IMG/VR virus record: IMGVR_UViG_3300005939_000010
Location: 1 to 59,230 of that record
Origin: a virus
Taxonomy: Duplodnaviria; Caudoviricetes
Strand: one strand, 5' to 3'
Length of the DNA: 59,230 nt
The notes beneath the pieces were generated by a model. It saw only the letters and a list, made by a program, of their open reading frames with translations. It was not told the DNA's origin and did no database searches. The position numbers were made by a program, and so were the translations under genes. This document shows positions 54,455-59,230 of the stretch, in pieces (the stretch's first letter is position 1; every line of letters starts with the position of its first letter).

Positions 54455-55030
54455 ATGAATGAGTCGCCAATTACAATCGTAACAACGCCGACGACAAAAC
54501 TTGAGCCTTTTGACGCCAAGTCCGTTTCGGCCTTGGTCCCGAAGGCTGCTTGGGTCAGCCGGAAGTATGGCACCTTCAAGAAGTGGACTGCGAGGGCCTT
54601 CTCCGACGTCCTGAACGAGATCTGTAACACAGGCGTCATGTACCGCGCGTGCCATGCCCACGGCCTCAGCTATCCCCAGTTCTACAAGCTCCGGAAGGAG
54701 TATTCGGAGATGGAGGAGTTGGTCGAGATGGCTCACGAATTCTACCGCGAGAAGATCTCCCATGTCATCCATGATCGAGCCGTTGATGGATGGGAGGAGC
54801 CGGTCTACTACCAGGGAGAGTGTATAGGCCACGTGCAGAAGTACAGCGACCGCCTCCTGGAGCTCCAGGCCAAACGACACTGTCCCGAGTACCGCGACAA
54901 GTCCCAAGTGGACCACAACGTCACCGGTGGCGTCCTCCTCATCCCCACAGCGCCTGTGACGGACCCAGAGGCCTATATGGAAGAGCTCCGTAAGCGTAAG
55001 GCTATTCCTTCGAAGGTAGTCCCCGAGTAA
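54455..55030 (+). CDS. terS: terminase small subunit
   Basis: RAVDGWEEPVYYQG...KYSDRLLE motif; upstream of terL. Confidence 0.8.
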   Translation: MNESPITIVTTPTTKLEPFDAKSVSALVPKAAWVSRKYGTFKKWTARAFSDVLNEICNTGVMYRACHAHGLSYPQFYKLRKEYSEMEELVEMAHEFYREKISHVIHDRAVDGWEEPVYYQGECIGHVQKYSDRLLELQAKRHCPEYRDKSQVDHNVTGGVLLIPTAPVTDPEAYMEELRKRKAIPSKVVPE

Positions 55031-55050
55031 GCCAATGTGTTCGATCTTGT

Positions 55051-55218
55051 TCGCCGTTGCTCGCCGTTGCTCGGCTGGGATACCAGCTGGTACCAAACTG
55101 GTACACCACATTTGCAGACAATGCAGCGAGGTACAACACAGCGCCCACCTGGTACACTACGTAACACCTTGAAAACGTCGGTCTACCAGCTGGTACACTC
55201 GGAAACCACCTGGTACAC
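55051..55218. repeat. CCA(G/C)CTGGTACAC repeats between terS and terL
   Basis: Copies at about 55083, 55093, 55145, 55186, 55206; tandem TCGCCGTTGC x2 at 55051-55070. Confidence 0.75.
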
Positions 55219-55249
55219 GCCGTAACAGAGCAATAAGAGAGATACCAAG

Positions 55250-56791
55250 ATGAGTACAGCCCTTATAGACTGGCGTACGACCGAGGGACAGCTGAAGCCC
55301 TACGTTCTTGACGAGCACGGTACGGAGACGGAAGCCACATGGTGTCCTCAACCAGGTAGTCAGGTCCTATTCCTACAGTGTCCAGTTGAGGAGGTCCTAT
55401 ACGAGGGCACGCGCGGACCTGGTAAGACCGACGCTCTCCTGATGGACTTCGCTCAAACTACCGGCCAAGGCTTCGGCGCTGAGTGGCGCGGCATCCTATT
55501 CCGCCAGACATTCCCGCAGCTGTCCGACGTCATAGTCAAGTCAAACAAATGGTTCCCTCTCATCTTCCCTGGGATCAAATACAACGCCTCGGCTCATATA
55601 TGGACCTGGCCCACTGGCGAGACTCTTACGTTCTCCTATGGCATGAGGGAGAGTGACTACTGGAACTATCACGGTAAGGAGTGGCCGTGGCTGTGCTTCG
55701 AGGAACTTACCACCTGGGCCGATCCTAAGTTCTTCCTCAAGATGTTCTCCTGCTGCCGAGCGTCAAGGCCGGGGATGCCGCGAAAGATACGTGCGAGCAC
55801 CAACCCATACGGACCGGGACACAACTGGGTCAAGATGCGGTATGACTTGCCTGTACCACCTGGCGAGATACTCGGCTCCCTGATAGAGGAGAGGGGCGAC
55901 GAAGGGGAGATCATCCCAGCGCGTATGGCTATACATGGCTGCCTTGATGAGAACCAGATCCTACTTACCGCCGACCCGAACTACAAGGGTAAGATCATTG
56001 CCTCCGCCAGGGGCAACAAGGCTCAACTGGCTGCCTGGCTACATGGTAGTTGGGACATCGTCGCAGGTGGGATGTTTGATGACCTGTGGGATGCCACTCG
56101 CCATGTTGTCCCACCCTTCGATATCCCTAGCAGCTGGCGGATAGACCGGTCCTTCGACTGGGGTTCCTCAGCGCCGTTCGCCGTGGGGTGGTGGGCCGAG
56201 AGCGATGGCTCCGACCTACGGCTCGCCGATGGTCGTATATGCTCCACCGTCAAGGGCGATCTATTCCGGATCGGTGAGTGGTACGGCTGGAACGGTGAGC
56301 CGAACGAGGGTGTCCGTATGATTGACAAGGACATCGCTAAGGGTATAATTGAGCGTGAACTGGCCTTGGGTATCTACGACCGTTGTAAGGCTGGTCCAGC
56401 CGACGGAAGTATCTTCAACGACGAGAACGGCGTATGTATTGCATCAAACATGATGGCTCCTATGTTCGTGGAGGGAGAGAAGCGGAGAATTCGCTTCGTC
56501 AGGGCGGACAAACGTCCCGGCACCCGAAAGGCCGGTTGGGAGCTGATGCGACAACGACTCCTCGCTGCGAATCCCGGCGAGGCTGGCCCACGCGAATTTC
56601 CTGGGCTCTTCATATTCAGCACATGCCGGCAGTTCATTCGTACTGTGCCAGTGCTACCACGAGATCTCGACAAAGACCCCGACGATGTGGATACCTCAAC
56701 CGAGGACCACATTGCCGACGAAGCCAGATATCGCGTCATGTTCTCAGGCTGGCGGCCGAAATCGTCCCGAGCCAGAGGCGTCCCATCATAA
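55250..56791 (+). CDS. terL: terminase large subunit
   Basis: GTRGPGKT, FEELT, STNPYGPGH, FDWG, EDHIADEARY. Confidence 0.93.
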   Translation: MSTALIDWRTTEGQLKPYVLDEHGTETEATWCPQPGSQVLFLQCPVEEVLYEGTRGPGKTDALLMDFAQTTGQGFGAEWRGILFRQTFPQLSDVIVKSNKWFPLIFPGIKYNASAHIWTWPTGETLTFSYGMRESDYWNYHGKEWPWLCFEELTTWADPKFFLKMFSCCRASRPGMPRKIRASTNPYGPGHNWVKMRYDLPVPPGEILGSLIEERGDEGEIIPARMAIHGCLDENQILLTADPNYKGKIIASARGNKAQLAAWLHGSWDIVAGGMFDDLWDATRHVVPPFDIPSSWRIDRSFDWGSSAPFAVGWWAESDGSDLRLADGRICSTVKGDLFRIGEWYGWNGEPNEGVRMIDKDIAKGIIERELALGIYDRCKAGPADGSIFNDENGVCIASNMMAPMFVEGEKRRIRFVRADKRPGTRKAGWELMRQRLLAANPGEAGPREFPGLFIFSTCRQFIRTVPVLPRDLDKDPDDVDTSTEDHIADEARYRVMFSGWRPKSSRARGVPS

Positions 56792-56800
56792 GGAGAGCAC

Positions 56801-58240
56801 ATGAGTATCTCTACTACCCATCCACTCTACGCTGAATACCTGGCCGACTGGATACAGATGTCGGACTCCTACGCTGGTGAGCGTAGGGTCAAGGAGAAGC
56901 ATCTACTCTACCTGCCTGCCACACCTGGCCAGATCGAGGACGGCCTCAGGGCAGGGCAAGATGGGGAGACCCACTACAAGGGATACAAGACACGGGCCAG
57001 GTTCCCCAGCTTTGTATCGCAGGCCGTAGAGGCGCTGCTAGGTATCATGCATGCCAAGCCAGCCACCATCGAGCTACCTGCCCAGATGGAAGCCCTCCGC
57101 GAGAATGCGACTGTGAAGGGCGAATCGCTACAGATGCTCCTTCGTAGGATCAATGAACACCAACTGGTAGCTGGTCGCCTTGGCCTATTGGCTGACGTAG
57201 CTAACGACAGCACCATTGGGACCATGCCGTATATCGCTATCTATAAGGCCCAGGACATTATCAACTGGGACGACGGGAAGCGTGAGGAGCTCGTATACCA
57301 GGTGCTCAATATGGTGGTCCTGGATGAGAGTGAGTTTGAACGGGTCAACAACTTCGACTGGAAGCAGGTCAAGAAGTATCGGCTCCTGGTCCTTGGTGAG
57401 TTGCAAGAGAACGCGGCTGAGGGCACGTACCAGATGGGTGTCTACAGGGAAGACGGCACCATGGAATTCGACGAGAACGCCATGATCGTACCGTCTATCG
57501 GTGGTACGACCCTGTCTAAGCTCCCGTTCGTGGTCATCAACAGCAAGGATATCGTCGCCGATCCGGACGACCCTCCTCTCCTGGGCTTGTCCCAACTGGC
57601 AATGACCGTCTACCGAGGCGAGGCTGACTACAGACAGGCGATCTTCATGCAAGGCCAAGACACCCTGGTCCTGATGGGTGGAGATGGTGATAATCCCCGC
57701 ATTGGTGCCGGCGCTGTGGTGAATCTGCCTATCAATGGCGACGCCAAGTATGTTGGTGTCCAGAGCAAGGGCCTACCAGAGATGCGTAAGTCCTTGGAGA
57801 ACGACCGAGCTGAGGCCGCTGAAATAGGCGGCAAGCTGCTAGACTCACGCGGAGGGGAAGCTGAATCAGGAGACGCGCTGCGAATTCGAGTAAGCGCTCG
57901 CACTGCATCTCTCAACCAGATCGCCCAGTCCGGGGCCGAAGGGCTCCAGAGCATACTGCGGACAATCGCTACCTGGATTGGTGCCAACCCTGAGGAGGTC
58001 ATAGTTGAGGCCAATAGGGACTTCGCTGATGACCAACTTGACGGGCAGACCTTGGTACAGTACATGACGGCTAAGAGCCTTGGTGCTCCCCTGTCCAAGC
58101 GCTCTATTCATCGCATCCTTCAGGAGAAGGACTTGACCGAGATGGAATTTGAGGCTGAAATGATCGAGATCGAAGGAGAAGCACCGGAACCAGGTGAAGG
58201 AACTGGAGTTGAAAATGAACCGGGGAACGAGGATGACTAG
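56801..58240 (+). CDS. portal protein (DUF4055 type)
   Basis: THPLY, YLP, Y..Y..RARF, PPLL.L, ESGDALRIR; follows terL. Confidence 0.88.
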   Translation: MSISTTHPLYAEYLADWIQMSDSYAGERRVKEKHLLYLPATPGQIEDGLRAGQDGETHYKGYKTRARFPSFVSQAVEALLGIMHAKPATIELPAQMEALRENATVKGESLQMLLRRINEHQLVAGRLGLLADVANDSTIGTMPYIAIYKAQDIINWDDGKREELVYQVLNMVVLDESEFERVNNFDWKQVKKYRLLVLGELQENAAEGTYQMGVYREDGTMEFDENAMIVPSIGGTTLSKLPFVVINSKDIVADPDDPPLLGLSQLAMTVYRGEADYRQAIFMQGQDTLVLMGGDGDNPRIGAGAVVNLPINGDAKYVGVQSKGLPEMRKSLENDRAEAAEIGGKLLDSRGGEAESGDALRIRVSARTASLNQIAQSGAEGLQSILRTIATWIGANPEEVIVEANRDFADDQLDGQTLVQYMTAKSLGAPLSKRSIHRILQEKDLTEMEFEAEMIEIEGEAPEPGEGTGVENEPGNEDD

Positions 58241-58539
58241 TGAAGGCGTCCAAGGAGATAGCTCTCCTACGGAACGACCTTGCCGATCTACTTGATGGGA
58301 GTTCATCTAGTGCCCTAACAGTGAAACGGGGCTTTGTTTACCAGCCGGCAAGTGCAGCGTCGGGCCTGACAGTGAGCTATGAACTACGAAGACCAGACCA
58401 TACAATCTACGAATCCGGCACTGCCGAGGAGGTAGATTTGACTGGAAGATACGTCAAGATCTGGACGTTGACGACACCAGATACATGGTACGTACTAATT
58501 AATGATTCCGCAGGTGGTAAGGCCTGCAAGATGTTCTAG
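58240..58539 (+). CDS. hypothetical protein, probable virion accessory
   Basis: GTG overlaps portal stop; shares segments with both downstream ORFs. Confidence 0.55.
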   Translation: MKASKEIALLRNDLADLLDGSSSSALTVKRGFVYQPASAASGLTVSYELRRPDHTIYESGTAEEVDLTGRYVKIWTLTTPDTWYVLINDSAGGKACKMF

Positions 58540-58548
58540 GAGGAAGAC

Positions 58549-58995
58549 ATGGCGAAGACATTTGAAGTTCTCTATCAGGCTCCGAATGCAGCTCCCGGCG
58601 CCACAGTGCAAGTCGATGTGTACAAGGCAGACAAGTCACTGGACGTCGCACAGTCCGGCGCTGCTACGCCGATCGGTACCACCGGCCGATACTACAAGAC
58701 CTTCAACGCCGACGCTCCTGGTTGGTTTGCAGAGATCTCTGACGACCAAGGCGGCAAGGCCGTGAAGCACTTTGGTAAGCCGGAGTGGGGTTCGCACGGA
58801 ATCTTCGACCTGGTTGGAGATGTCCAGACAGCAGTCGACGCAGTTCAGGCAGCAGTCGACGCCATCAACACGGCGGTCGGAGTATCGGATGGGAAGATTG
58901 ACAGCCTGGCGGTCGACGTCACTACCGCCCTCGCTGCACTCTCTGCTTTGGATGTGAAGATCGACGGCCTCGGCAACCCTCCGATGATTGGGTAA
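58549..58995 (+). CDS. probable virion protein, beta domain plus coiled coil
   Basis: AGGAGG RBS; heptad-like VQTAVDAVQAAVDAINTAV. Confidence 0.65.
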   Translation: MAKTFEVLYQAPNAAPGATVQVDVYKADKSLDVAQSGAATPIGTTGRYYKTFNADAPGWFAEISDDQGGKAVKHFGKPEWGSHGIFDLVGDVQTAVDAVQAAVDAINTAVGVSDGKIDSLAVDVTTALAALSALDVKIDGLGNPPMIG

Positions 58996-59039
58996 AATAA
59001 CTTCAGGCGCTTTGGAACCTCTGAGAAAGGTAAAAAGCT

Positions 59040-59230
59040 ATGAAGCATTCAGTAGAAGTAGCGAAGCTCAGACGAGAGCTTCCTGACATCCTAGACCCAG
59101 CCCCAAGTGCTGTCGGGCTGGAGTATGTAGAGCGGATATCCTCAGCCTTTGACTACGAGGCCGCTGCTTTCACCAAGGACGACGCCTGGCATGATCTGGA
59201 CCTGTCGTCCATTGTCACGGACACCGACGC
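59040..59230 (+). CDS. hypothetical protein (partial, runs off window)
   Basis: AAAGG RBS; MKHSVEVAKLRRELPDILD...WHDLDLSSIV. Confidence 0.55.
   Translation, partial: MKHSVEVAKLRRELPDILDPAPSAVGLEYVERISSAFDYEAAAFTKDDAWHDLDLSSIVTDTD

Noticed and set aside
55037-55225. Short ORFs between terS and terL
   Set aside because: No clear RBS; sequence explained by DNA repeats
1-59230. Minus-strand ORFs of 60-250 aa throughout
   Set aside because: They shadow well-supported, tightly coupled + strand genes and show no recognisable motifs

Overview
The window is most of a tailed dsDNA phage genome (siphovirus). Gene order and protein motifs resemble the Pseudomonas YuA/M6 group. Essentially all credible genes are on the + strand. 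Layout: end of the major capsid gene plus head-tail, tail, tape measure and tail tip genes (1-18.6 kb); a ~280 bp pseudo-palindromic iteron element; promoter-driven small early genes; a replication and nucleotide block (SNF2 and RecD-like helicases, class II RNR, PolA, primase-helicase); accessory genes (methyltransferase, sigma factor, dimeric dUTPase, DNA ligase, tRNA-Tyr, lipoprotein); a second iteron element; then terS, terL and portal. Four observations stand out. (1) A 5-hydroxymethyluracil-type pathway in which a stand-alone 5-hmdU-kinase helical domain gene sits beside a TET/JBP-associated-type glycosyltransferase, suggesting sugar-modified hmU (base J-like) DNA. (2) Two 12-copy ACTCTACCT elements about 35 kb apart that bracket the non-structural genome. 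(3) A metallophosphoesterase / membrane P-loop kinase / 2H phosphoesterase trio. (4) A family of promoter plus stem-loop cassettes. No integrase, repressor, endolysin, CRISPR array or reverse transcriptase was recognised. All family calls are by-eye motif recognition; no database searches were run.
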